From Burkholderiaceae bacterium (GTDB taxonomy: Bacteria > Pseudomonadota > Gammaproteobacteria > Burkholderiales > Burkholderiaceae_C), in the NCBI GenBank assembly GCA_035719405.1, contig DASTGE010000382.1, positions 1 to 34,768 of the forward strand: a stretch of DNA of 34,768 nucleotides, given 5' to 3'. A program made the translations under genes and the position numbers. The notes beneath the pieces are model-generated. The model was given only the letters and a program-made list of their open reading frames with translations, was not told where the DNA came from and made no database searches. How positions within the stretch are numbered: the stretch's first letter is position 1; every line of letters starts with the position of its first letter. Shown in pieces: positions 9,510 to 18,371 of the stretch.

Positions 9510-10289
9510 TCATTCTGGTTTGAATCGGGAGAGGTAATCGCGCTGCAGCCAGACCTCGGGGATGTTGCGCGGGCTGTAGTCGGAAAAGCGCATGACGGTG
9601 ATCCAGTTGGTATCGAGGCCGTCGATGATGACGGTCTCGGTCGGCCGCTCAGCGCCCATTTCCGATTGATAACGGCGGTAGTACGCGGTCTTCAGCAGGC
9701 GTCCGCTGTCCGCATGGAACTTCGCCTTGATGGGGCGGTTGTCGCGCGCATCCAGCCACAGCTCCACCTTGGCGTAAGTGGCGCGGGCGGAGCGTGCCTG
9801 GAGCGTCAGCTTGTGGCTGTGCCGCTGCTTGCGCTCGCCGTCGGTCACCTCCTCCTCGCCGTCGAGCTCGGCCTGGTATTCGCGCGCAAAGTTCACCGTG
9901 ACCACGTCACCGTTGGCCGCTTGTCCAAGAAGGCGCTGTTCAGGCGAGATGCGGATGCTGGCCTGATTCGTGGGATCGTAGAACCAGAGGTCGTCGCCGC
10001 TCTTGAGCATGAGCTTGCCTGCGTCGCGAGCGGGCGCGGTGAAGCGGACGAGGGTGCGGTACTGGCCGCTGTTCGAGTCGGGCTTGGACCACACGGCAAG
10101 CACGTTGCTGTCGACCTGCTTGCCGCTGCGGTATTCGATGAGCGTGGTCGTCACCGAGAAGGATTGCTGCGGGTTGCGGATGGCGTCGCTGGCGGCGACC
10201 ATCTGCTGGGCGTCCGGGGCAGCGAGCGTCGAGGTGGATGCTGCCAGGACGGTGATGGCGGCCAGGAGGATGGTGCGGCGATCAGACAT
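9510..10289 (-). CDS. LolA-like outer membrane lipoprotein-sorting protein
   Basis: Signal peptide MSDRRTILLAAITVLAASTSTLA; LVRFTAPARDAGKLML, DLWFYDP, IRISPEQRLLGQ, SGRLLKT. ATG 10289 overlaps the permease stop. Confidence 0.88.
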   Translation of the reverse strand: MSDRRTILLAAITVLAASTSTLAAPDAQQMVAASDAIRNPQQSFSVTTTLIEYRSGKQVDSNVLAVWSKPDSNSGQYRTLVRFTAPARDAGKLMLKSGDDLWFYDPTNQASIRISPEQRLLGQAANGDVVTVNFAREYQAELDGEEEVTDGERKQRHSHKLTLQARSARATYAKVELWLDARDNRPIKAKFHADSGRLLKTAYYRRYQSEMGAERPTETVIIDGLDTNWITVMRFSDYSPRNIPEVWLQRDYLSRFKPE

Positions 10290-11730
10290 GGCGCAAGGCG
10301 TCGACAATCGGCATGCGGGCGGCGCGGCGTGCCGGGAACCAGGCCGACAGACCGGCAATGATCGCCAGGCCGAAAAAGGTGAGGGTGATCATGCTCCACT
10401 CGCCCCAGACGCGAACGGCCACCGGGACTGCGTCCGTACGCGCGGGGGGTATCCATGTCACCCCGCTGTGGTTGATCAGCCAGGCGAAGGAAAGCGAAGC
10501 GAGCACGCCGAGAAGGGCACCGACAAGGCCGAGCAGCAGGCCTTCACTGACGAACAGCGCCTGAACCCCCGATCGCCGCAAGCCGACGGCGCGCAAGGTG
10601 CCGATCTCCACCGTGCGCTCGACGATCGCCATGGTCATCGTGTTGCTGACGACGAAAAGGACGATGGCGGCGATCAGCACGAACACGAATCCGAAGATGG
10701 TGTCGAACATCCGGTTGGTCTGGTCGTAGAAGGGGTTGAGAGTGGCGAAGTCGAGCACTTCGAGGGGGTCGGGGCTGTTCGACTCTGCAAGCAACTGTTC
10801 GAGTCGCTGACGGGCAGCCGGCAGCATCGAAGTGTGACGCAGCTGCACGGCAATCGCCGTCACGCGCGGCTCTTCGCGCCCATAGACGAGTCGCTGTGCG
10901 CTCGGCAGATGCATCTCGACGTACAGGTCGTCGAGTTCCTTCACACCCTGTTGCTCGGCCTTGACGACATTGAAACTTGCCACGTTCGGTGCTCCGCTGG
11001 TGCTGGCCGTCAGCACCTCCACGCGAGTGGCGGAGGCCGAAGCCTTGGTCTGCGCAGGTTCGAGCTGGGAGAGCGCGACGATGTCCGAGGGCGCATCGCT
11101 GCCGGGCGTCACGGTGTGCTGGGGCTGCTTCGAATCGGGCGCTGCCGAAACGACCGCTGCGTTGGCAGGCGCCGAAGGTGCGTCCTCGCAAGCGGGGACG
11201 TGCAAAGGCCCGCACAAGTGCAATACGCGCGCGACGCCGAAGCCCATGACGATCGAGTCAAGCGGAGTGCCGGTCAGTGCGAGTTGTCTGGATGGGAAAG
11301 CCATGGAGTAGTCGTTCCACTCGCGCATTCGACTTTGCTCCTCAGGCTGCAGGCCCTGTGCAAACACCGTGCGAGAGACTCCTGCCGAAAAGTTGCCTGC
11401 AATGCCACCGAGCTGCAGGGTGGGTGTCACGACGAGCAGCATCGGCTGAAGTACCGGGTCGGCCTTGATGCGGTCGACGATTGTCTGGTAGTGCGCGATG
11501 CCGAATGCCGCGGCATTGCCGTTGCCGTACTTGAAGTACCCCTTGCGCTGCACCTGAAGGTGCCCGCTGTGCTGCACATAGTCTGTCTGCAGTGCAAGCT
11601 TGATGTTCGCCGCATACCCTCCGAACAGCAGCACGGCGCATACGGCGACGATCAACGCGAGCATCGTCGTGATCGACCGTCTGCCGTTGCGCATCAGATT
11701 GCGCACCGCGAGTTGCAGGGCGGAGGTCAC
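10282..11730 (-). CDS. ABC transporter permease, FtsX/MacB/LolE-like
   Basis: LAVRNLMRNGRRSITT, large periplasmic domain, ERTVEIGTLRAVG, PARRAARMPIVDALRHV. Confidence 0.93.
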   Translation of the reverse strand: MTSALQLAVRNLMRNGRRSITTMLALIVAVCAVLLFGGYAANIKLALQTDYVQHSGHLQVQRKGYFKYGNGNAAAFGIAHYQTIVDRIKADPVLQPMLLVVTPTLQLGGIAGNFSAGVSRTVFAQGLQPEEQSRMREWNDYSMAFPSRQLALTGTPLDSIVMGFGVARVLHLCGPLHVPACEDAPSAPANAAVVSAAPDSKQPQHTVTPGSDAPSDIVALSQLEPAQTKASASATRVEVLTASTSGAPNVASFNVVKAEQQGVKELDDLYVEMHLPSAQRLVYGREEPRVTAIAVQLRHTSMLPAARQRLEQLLAESNSPDPLEVLDFATLNPFYDQTNRMFDTIFGFVFVLIAAIVLFVVSNTMTMAIVERTVEIGTLRAVGLRRSGVQALFVSEGLLLGLVGALLGVLASLSFAWLINHSGVTWIPPARTDAVPVAVRVWGEWSMITLTFFGLAIIAGLSAWFPARRAARMPIVDALRHV

Positions 11731-12488
11731 GGCTGGTCCTTGGACGGCGGGGTGCGGGGTGCCTCCGGCGGCTGCACGCGCCCGTCGCGAATCCGGATGA
11801 TGACGTCGGCCGCTCGCAGCACGCGCGGATCGTGCGACGAGAACACGAAGGACACGCCGCTTTGCCGTTGCATCCGGCGCATCAGCCGAAGGATGTCTGT
11901 CCCGGTGCGGCTGTCGAGATTGGCGGTGGGTTCGTCGGCCAGCACGAGTCGGGGCTTGGTCACCAGCGCGCGCGCCACCGCCACACGCTGCCGCTGCCCG
12001 CCCGACAGCTCATTGGGCTTGTGCTTTGCCTTGTCGTCCAGCCCGACGGCAGAGAGCAGCTTCGACACACGGCTCGCGCGCTTGTCGGGGGGCATGCCCG
12101 CGAGCCGCAGGGGATACTCGATGTTCTCGTAGGCCGTCAGCACCGGGATGAGGTTGAAGGTCTGGAACACGTAGCCGATGTTGCGGGCACGGAAGTCCGA
12201 CAGGGCGTCGTCGTCCAGCGTGCCAACGTCGGTGCCGTCGATGACGATGCGGCCGGCATCCGGCCGGTCGATGCATCCCAGCAGGTTGAGCAGCGTCGTC
12301 TTGCCGCTTCCCGAGGGCCCGCTGAGCACTGTGAAACGGTTACGGGGGATACGAACGCTCACCTCCTCAAGGCCGGTCACCTCGACGTTGCCAAGCCGGT
12401 AGGTCTTGTCCACATCTTCGACGACCACGACCGAGGGCTCCTCGTCGATGAACAGCTCGGTTTCCGGAAAGTAAGGGTCGTCAGTCAT
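11727..12488 (-). CDS. ABC transporter ATP-binding protein, LolD/MacB-like
   Basis: Walker A GPSGSGKT, signature LSGGQRQ, Walker B LADEPT, H-loop SSHD. ATG 12488 preferred over 12812; 4-bp overlap with the permease. Confidence 0.95.
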   Translation of the reverse strand: MTDDPYFPETELFIDEEPSVVVVEDVDKTYRLGNVEVTGLEEVSVRIPRNRFTVLSGPSGSGKTTLLNLLGCIDRPDAGRIVIDGTDVGTLDDDALSDFRARNIGYVFQTFNLIPVLTAYENIEYPLRLAGMPPDKRASRVSKLLSAVGLDDKAKHKPNELSGGQRQRVAVARALVTKPRLVLADEPTANLDSRTGTDILRLMRRMQRQSGVSFVFSSHDPRVLRAADVIIRIRDGRVQPPEAPRTPPSKDQP

Positions 12489-12615
12489 GGGGCAGGCCGA
12501 AACGGTCGCGATCATAGAGCAGGGGATCCATGGCCGGAGGCAAGGCCGATGCGATACTTTTCGCCCCCAGCGCTCGCGCGGCCACACTCCCGGGCGCGAA
12601 GCCCATCTGAAGCGT

Positions 12616-12828
12616 ATGCGCGAATCGACCCTCCTGCCTGACCTGATCGACCTCGCCACCGACCGCAATCCCCGCGTCAGCACGCTCGCCTTCGGGCTTG
12701 ACGCCTGGGACGATACGGCGTTGGCTGGCGGCGTTCGGCGCTTCGCGGCGAGACTGCCGGGCCTCAGGGAGAGCGCCAGCCCGCAAGCTTTTCTCGGCCA
12801 CCCGCCTTGCATCGAAGTGCTCGTCTAG
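12616..12828 (+). pseudogene. N-terminal fragment of an exosortase-A-associated acyl-CoA ligase (AMP-forming, TIGR03098-like)
   Basis: MRESTLLPDLIDLATDRNPRVSTLAFG...LAGGVRRFAARLPGL resembles the first ~50 aa of that family. It stops after 70 codons and has no adenylation core. Confidence 0.6.
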
Positions 12829-14942
12829 CAGAGCCGGCCGCAAGCTCCTCGTACCGGGCTGCGGTACCGCGTGCATTGCTGTCATGCACTGCGGCAGCCT
12901 GCCTTGCCGCCGCGTTGTTCCTTGCGGTTCATCATCCGCTGTCACCCGTGCTTGCGATGCTGTCGTTCGCGGCGTGGGTCCTGCTTGCCTGGCTGTGGCC
13001 GCAGCTTTGGCTGTTCGTGCTTCCGGCGACGCTGCCCGCGGCCGACTTTGCGCCATGGACCGGCTGGCTGATGTTCGACGAGTTCGATCTGCTCGTGCTC
13101 GGGGCGACCGTCACAGGGCTGTCGAGGATGGCAGCGAGCGCCGATGCCGCTTCGCTTCGGTGGAGCCGGCGAACTGTCGCGATGGCTTGCGCGGCGGGAC
13201 TTTTGTCATTGATCGGGCTATGGCGAGGCCTGGCTGACGCAGGTGGCGTGAGCCCGGGCTGGTTCGACGGCCATGCGGATGCGGGCAACGTCCTGCGTGT
13301 ATCGAAGAGCCTGGCCTTTGTGCTGCTCGTGCTGCCGATGCTGAACGATGCCATGGCGCGATCGGCCGATCGCGCCATGCGCCTGCTGCTGTCAGGCATG
13401 CTGTGCGGGCTGATGATCGTTGGTGTCGCGGCGTTGTGGGAGCGGGCAGCCTATCCGGGCTGGCTCGATACCTCGCAGTCCTATCGGACGACGGCGCTGT
13501 TCTGGGAAATGCATGTCGGCGGTGCCGCGATCGATGCCTATCTCGCACTGACGGCGCCGATCGTCGCCTGGGGATTGTGGTCATCCCGGCGGGTGTGGCA
13601 ATGGCTCGTGTGCGCAGCGCTCGCGTTGCTGGCTGGTTACGCCTGCCTCACGACGTTCTCACGCGGCGTGTACCTGGCGCTGGCCACGCAGCTGCTGTTG
13701 CTCGGCTGGCTGCTTGCCGGACGCGAGCAGCGGGCGCAGGGGCGATCCGTGTGGCATCTGGTGGCGATCGCGTTGATGCTCGTCGTGGGAGCGACGGTGG
13801 CGCTGATGGCAGTCTTCGAGCAGTTCGGCTATGCCGGCGTGCTCGTGCTGCTCGGGCTCCAGGCCCTGCTGCTGTCGGCATGGAAACTGACGCATGCCCG
13901 GCATGTGGGTTGGCGCAGGGTCGCGGGCTCGATGCTCGCGCTTGCGCTCATGAGCGAGGCGGTGGCCGTGCTGGCGCCTGACACCTTCATGAGTTCGCGC
14001 GTGGCCGACAGCCGCAAGGACTATCAGAGCCGGGTGGCGCACTGGCAGCGCGGGCTGGGGCTGTTGCACGGCCCGACCGAATGGCTGCTTGGGCTGGGCG
14101 CGGGCAGATTGCCCTCACACTACGCGGCATTCACAGAGGAAGGACGGTGGCCTGGCTCGGCACAATGGATGGTGGGGCCGGGTGATAACGCGAGCGCGCG
14201 CATCAGGGGCCCACGACGCGCACGGCCTTACGCGCTGTTCGGACTCTCGCAGCGGGTGCCCGCTGGCAATGACTATCGGTTGATCCTCGATCTCTCGACG
14301 ACGCAGGGTGCCGACCTTTATGCGCGCGTATGCGAGGCGCATCTCATCTACGAGCTGGCGTGCCGGTCGGCCTTTATTCGTCTGCCTCCAGAACGTTCCG
14401 ATGTCGTGCGACACCTCGAGCTGCCGCTCAATGGGCAGTTGCTCGGTACGAGGAGCGGCCTGCTTCAGCGCGAGGCCATGTTCACGCTGTCCGTGCTGGA
14501 TGAAGGTGGCGTCGTCGATGTCCATCGGGTGCAGCTCAAGACCAAGACGAACAAGGGTGTCGAGTTGCTGCGCAACGGCGATTTTCGTGATGGTCTGGCT
14601 CGCTGGATGCCGCGCGCCCAGCACTTCTTCCTGCCGTGGCACATCGACAACCTGACGCTCGAACTGCTGATCGAGCGCGGGCTGTCGGGGCTTTGCGCGT
14701 TTGCGGCCGTGACCGGCGGGGCGCTGTGGCGCCTATTGCGCGGCTCTGCGCGTGACCGGGCGGCCGCTCCTTTTCTCGCGGCGTCGATGGCCGGGGTGTT
14801 GTGCGTGGGATTGGTGAGCAGCGTGATGGACGTGCCGAGGGTGGCGTTCGGGTTCGGGCTGGTGATGTTGACGGGGTTGCAGCTCAGTCCACGAGGCCGT
14901 CGTACACCGCCTCGTACTGCCGCACCATCGCCTGCAAGCTGA
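12807..14942 (+). CDS. O-antigen-ligase (Wzy_C)-like membrane protein with a periplasmic carbohydrate-binding-like insert
   Basis: Many TM helices; YRTTALFWEMHVGGAAIDAYL, TTFSRG, GLGAGRLP, LLRNGDFRDG, WHIDNL.LELLIERG. The start is uncertain (TTG). Confidence 0.8.
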   Translation: MHRSARLAEPAASSSYRAAVPRALLSCTAAACLAAALFLAVHHPLSPVLAMLSFAAWVLLAWLWPQLWLFVLPATLPAADFAPWTGWLMFDEFDLLVLGATVTGLSRMAASADAASLRWSRRTVAMACAAGLLSLIGLWRGLADAGGVSPGWFDGHADAGNVLRVSKSLAFVLLVLPMLNDAMARSADRAMRLLLSGMLCGLMIVGVAALWERAAYPGWLDTSQSYRTTALFWEMHVGGAAIDAYLALTAPIVAWGLWSSRRVWQWLVCAALALLAGYACLTTFSRGVYLALATQLLLLGWLLAGREQRAQGRSVWHLVAIALMLVVGATVALMAVFEQFGYAGVLVLLGLQALLLSAWKLTHARHVGWRRVAGSMLALALMSEAVAVLAPDTFMSSRVADSRKDYQSRVAHWQRGLGLLHGPTEWLLGLGAGRLPSHYAAFTEEGRWPGSAQWMVGPGDNASARIRGPRRARPYALFGLSQRVPAGNDYRLILDLSTTQGADLYARVCEAHLIYELACRSAFIRLPPERSDVVRHLELPLNGQLLGTRSGLLQREAMFTLSVLDEGGVVDVHRVQLKTKTNKGVELLRNGDFRDGLARWMPRAQHFFLPWHIDNLTLELLIERGLSGLCAFAAVTGGALWRLLRGSARDRAAAPFLAASMAGVLCVGLVSSVMDVPRVAFGFGLVMLTGLQLSPRGRRTPPRTAAPSPAS

Positions 14943-16020
14943 ACCGCTCCAACGCAATCCGTCGTGCGGCCGTCGCATGCGCTCGTCGCAGGTCCTCGTC
15001 TGATACGTAGCGCTCGAGCAGCCCTTGCAGCCGCCTCACATCGCGTGGCTCGAACAGCTCGCCGGACACGGCTGCTTCCACCAATTCCGGGTTGCCGCCG
15101 ACGTTGGTGGCCAGCACGGGAAGTCCCGTTGCCATCGCTTCCAGGACCGTGTTGGAAATGCCTTCGTTGAGTGATGGCAGCACGAACACGTCGAGCGTCT
15201 TGAGCACCTCGTCGACATTCGAGATTGCACCCGAAAACCAGGTGAGACCGGCAATGCCGAGCGTCTCAGCCTGCTGCTTGAGCGACTCCAGCAGCGGTCC
15301 GTCGCCAATGACGAGGAGCCGCACGCGGGCTTGCCAGGCCGGCTGCGCCTGGAGCGCGTGGGCGAAGGCCTGCAGCAACGTGACCTGATCTTTGACGGCC
15401 TGCGCACGCCCCACCGTGCCAATCAGGAGCAGACCGGGTTCGCGCAATGGAGGTGGCAAGGCGGCCAACGGCTTCAATTCTGCGGGGGCAAAGCGGGTGG
15501 TGTCGACGCCGTTGTAGATCTGCGTGATGCGCTGCTGATGCAGGCCGATGCGATCGACGAGGAAGCGCTGCAGGTCGCGCGACACCGTGATGTAGCGATC
15601 CACGAGTGGGGCATGCATGCGGCGCAGGAGCGCAGGCTTCCATTGCCGCCCGTCGATGTTGTCGACGTCCCACCCGTGCTCGCCGTGGACGCAGCGGCGT
15701 ACGCCCGCCAGGCGCGCTGGAAGCAGCGAATCGAGTCCCGACATGTTGCGCGAGTGGACCACGTCCGGCCGCAGCGCGCGGCAGAGCCGGAACAACTCCC
15801 CACGCAGGCGCCACACCCCAATCGCAGAGCGCTTCAGCGCGAACACTTCCACGTCGGGACATCGGATTCGTTCGCGGAAGTCAGAGTAGTCCTCGATGCA
15901 GGCAATGGCGTGCCGGTAAGCCGGCATGCTGTTGACCAGATTGACCAGCCCGTTCTCGAGTCCGCCGATCCTCAGATGGTGGATCACATGGAGCACCAAC
16001 GGCGGTTGGAGACGATTCAT
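14884..16020 (-). CDS. GT4 glycosyltransferase, PEP-CTERM/XrtA-system type (TIGR03088-like)
   Basis: PLVLHVIHHLRIGGLENGLVNL, VHGEHGWDV, QIYNGVDTTRF, EGISNTVLEAMATGLPV (EX7E). Convergent 59-bp overlap with the ligase-like gene. Confidence 0.92.
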   Translation of the reverse strand: MNRLQPPLVLHVIHHLRIGGLENGLVNLVNSMPAYRHAIACIEDYSDFRERIRCPDVEVFALKRSAIGVWRLRGELFRLCRALRPDVVHSRNMSGLDSLLPARLAGVRRCVHGEHGWDVDNIDGRQWKPALLRRMHAPLVDRYITVSRDLQRFLVDRIGLHQQRITQIYNGVDTTRFAPAELKPLAALPPPLREPGLLLIGTVGRAQAVKDQVTLLQAFAHALQAQPAWQARVRLLVIGDGPLLESLKQQAETLGIAGLTWFSGAISNVDEVLKTLDVFVLPSLNEGISNTVLEAMATGLPVLATNVGGNPELVEAAVSGELFEPRDVRRLQGLLERYVSDEDLRRAHATAARRIALERFSLQAMVRQYEAVYDGLVD

Positions 16021-16073
16021 GGGGGACGAAGAGTAAAGAGCCGCGGGCCGCGGCCTTCAATGGAAATGGAAGG

Positions 16074-16235
16074 TCAATGCGAGAGCTTGCCGTCCGGCTC
16101 TTGGCCGAGCGCGTCGTGCTCGGCCTGTTCACACGCGTCTTCTGAGCCGCGCGACATGATGAGCAACGCGGTCAGCAGCACGCCGCAGCAGGCACCGAGC
16201 CAGAAAGCGACGATCAACCACCATGCTGAAATCAT
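16074..16235 (-). CDS. Small single-TM membrane protein (53 aa), not in the ORF track
   Basis: GAGG RBS then ATG at 16235; translation MISAWWLIVAFWLGACCGVLLTALLIMSRGSEDACEQAEHDALGQEPDGKLSH; TGA at 16076-16074. Confidence 0.65.
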   Translation of the reverse strand: MISAWWLIVAFWLGACCGVLLTALLIMSRGSEDACEQAEHDALGQEPDGKLSH

Positions 16236-16325
16236 GAACACCTCGCCGACGCGCTGTCAGCTATCGTCTGTCTGGCCTGGGTAATTGCAATTTACGCACC
16301 CGGCCCGGCTCCCTGAGCTTGTTTG

Positions 16326-17594
16326 TCATCGCCAGCATTCCACCAGAACCGTGAAGGCTTGCGCCCTGCGCGCGAGGTCCTGGGTCGACAGCGGGCTCGC
16401 CGCTTTCGCGTGCCGCACATTCACGCCCTGCGCTTGCAGGAAGCTCGCCAGGATTTTGCCGTTAATCGCGAAGTTGACATTCTGCGGCATGTCGCCTGTC
16501 ACCTGGGCCACTTGCAATGCGTTGAGCTTGCTTACGATCACACCGATGACGTTACCGCTGCTGTCCAGCAGGGGGCCGCCGCTGTTGCCCTGCTGGATCG
16601 GAGCACTGGTCTGCAGCACGCGCGTATCGCCGCCGAGTCCGCTCAGGCCGCTCACAATGCCCGTGGAGATCGAAAAGCCGGAGAGCAGGCCGGCCAATGG
16701 GTAGCCTGCTGCCATCACCGCCTCGCCGATCACCGAATCGTCCCGCAAAGAGGCCACCTCGCTGCTCGACCCGGGCCAAGCCAACAGCGCGAGATCGGCG
16801 GCGGGCTCGCTGGCAAGGACGCCGGTCACGTCCGTTCCACCCACTCGGAGCCGCTGACAGCCTTGCACGACGTGATGATTGGTGACCACTTTGCCGGGGG
16901 CGACGACGAAACCGCTGCCGTTGGCCCGAGTTGCCTGTCTGCCTTCCGCGCTCCCGGGCGACTGTCCGGAGGAGCCCGCTGCGGGCTCGGAGGGCAACGC
17001 GAGCAGGGGATGCGGGATGAAGGCACTCGCGAATTCCCGCGCCATCGCACGCGCCTCGACGCTCACTTCCTGCTCGACACGGTCCCGGAAGCGCTGGTAG
17101 CGGAACTGTGACTCGCCGGGCAGTGTGGCTGCGAGGAGCAGCCAGCGGTAGGACATGGCCTTGTCCACAGCCGTGCCCGCGCCGTCGTAATAGGCAATCC
17201 CGAGCAGGCCCTGGCTGTCCGCGTCGCCCTGGTCGGCGCCGCGCCGCCACCAGTCGAGGGCCTCCTTTTCGTCCTGGGGAACGCCGCGCCCCTTTGAGAG
17301 CAGCAGGCCATAGCGTCCCTGGGCCTTGGCATGACCCTGCGCGGCTGCCTTTCGATACCAGCTTGCCGCCTGTGCGTCGTTGGTCGCCACCCCGCGACCG
17401 AACTCATACAGCTGACCGAGCAGGAACTGTGCATATGCGTCTCCCCCTTCGGCCAGCGGCTGCAACTGTTGGCGTGCCGCGATGAAGTCATTGCGAAGCA
17501 TCGCATCCCGAGCCTGCGGTATGCCCGCTCCCGCCGGCAGGGCGAATAGCGAGAGCAGCAGGACGGCAAGCAAGCGCGGCGGGGAGCGCGTCAT
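16326..17594 (-). CDS. Secreted Sel1-repeat plus trypsin-like serine protease
   Basis: Signal peptide (LFALPAGA); three Sel1 repeats (AQFLLGQLYEFGRGV...WYRKAAAQG); triad TNHHVV, DLALL, GNSGGP; no PDZ domain. ATG 17594 preferred. Confidence 0.9.
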   Translation of the reverse strand: MTRSPPRLLAVLLLSLFALPAGAGIPQARDAMLRNDFIAARQQLQPLAEGGDAYAQFLLGQLYEFGRGVATNDAQAASWYRKAAAQGHAKAQGRYGLLLSKGRGVPQDEKEALDWWRRGADQGDADSQGLLGIAYYDGAGTAVDKAMSYRWLLLAATLPGESQFRYQRFRDRVEQEVSVEARAMAREFASAFIPHPLLALPSEPAAGSSGQSPGSAEGRQATRANGSGFVVAPGKVVTNHHVVQGCQRLRVGGTDVTGVLASEPAADLALLAWPGSSSEVASLRDDSVIGEAVMAAGYPLAGLLSGFSISTGIVSGLSGLGGDTRVLQTSAPIQQGNSGGPLLDSSGNVIGVIVSKLNALQVAQVTGDMPQNVNFAINGKILASFLQAQGVNVRHAKAASPLSTQDLARRAQAFTVLVECWR

Positions 17595-17869
17595 GACGTG
17601 ATGGTACGGCCTTCGGGCGACAGTCCCCATGAGGGGCGCCCCGAGCAGAAAGGGCAGGATGGATGGGAAGGCAAGCTGAATAAGGTAACGTGCACCGCTT
17701 GTTCGAGTCAACAACCAGTCGCCGGCCTCCCCGCATGTCCGGGGCTTCATGCAGCTAAACACGCCTGAGCGCAAGATCCGACTCAAGGGCACCGAATTCG
17801 ACGGCAGCGGATAGGCTGACCTGCGCTAAACCGATTCGCACGAGGCAATGCAATCAGGTTCGCTCCATT

Positions 17870-18268
17870 TCATCCCTGGTCGCCGTCATCCTTGACTGCA
17901 TAAGGCTTGGTGATGATCTCCAGCACATGGCCGTCGGGGTCGTCCCAGTACACCCCGCGGCCTCCGAAATAATGGTTGATCACCCCCGGCTGTTGATGCC
18001 CGGGATCGGCCCAGTAGGGGAGGCGACGCTCGACAATCCGCTGCAGGATCTCGTCGAAGTCCTGCTCGCCGACCAGGAAGGCGTAGTGCTCCTTGAGTAC
18101 CACTTCGCCGGTCTGAATGAAGTCGAGCGTAACGCTGTTGTCGAGCTCGACGACGTGAAAATGCAGGAAGCGCACCGGCTTCGGCCGGCCCAGGATGTCG
18201 GCCATGAAGGCTGCAGACCTCTGGGGATCGCGCGAGTGCACGATGGTGTGGTTGAGTGCAACAGTCAT
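17870..18268 (-). CDS. VOC/glyoxalase family protein
   Basis: LNHTIVHSRD, HYAFLV, GGRGVYWDDPDGHVLEIIT; ATG 18268. Confidence 0.9.
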   Translation of the reverse strand: MTVALNHTIVHSRDPQRSAAFMADILGRPKPVRFLHFHVVELDNSVTLDFIQTGEVVLKEHYAFLVGEQDFDEILQRIVERRLPYWADPGHQQPGVINHYFGGRGVYWDDPDGHVLEIITKPYAVKDDGDQG

Positions 18269-18371
18269 GGCAGTGCGACCGGCGCGATGACGATGAGACT
18301 CAAGCTTGCCTCTAAAGCGCTGAATCCGGTCCATACTCCCTTCTTCTTGCCCCGGGGATCGAGGAGTTGTC

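Noticed and set aside
10003-12132. 709-aa plus-strand ORF
   Set aside because: Antisense shadow of the ABC permease and ATPase in high-GC DNA; no recognisable motifs.
17595-17869. 275-bp intergenic region as an sRNA or riboswitch
   Set aside because: No recognisable conserved motif, strong stem or terminator by eye; an Rfam/Infernal search would be needed.
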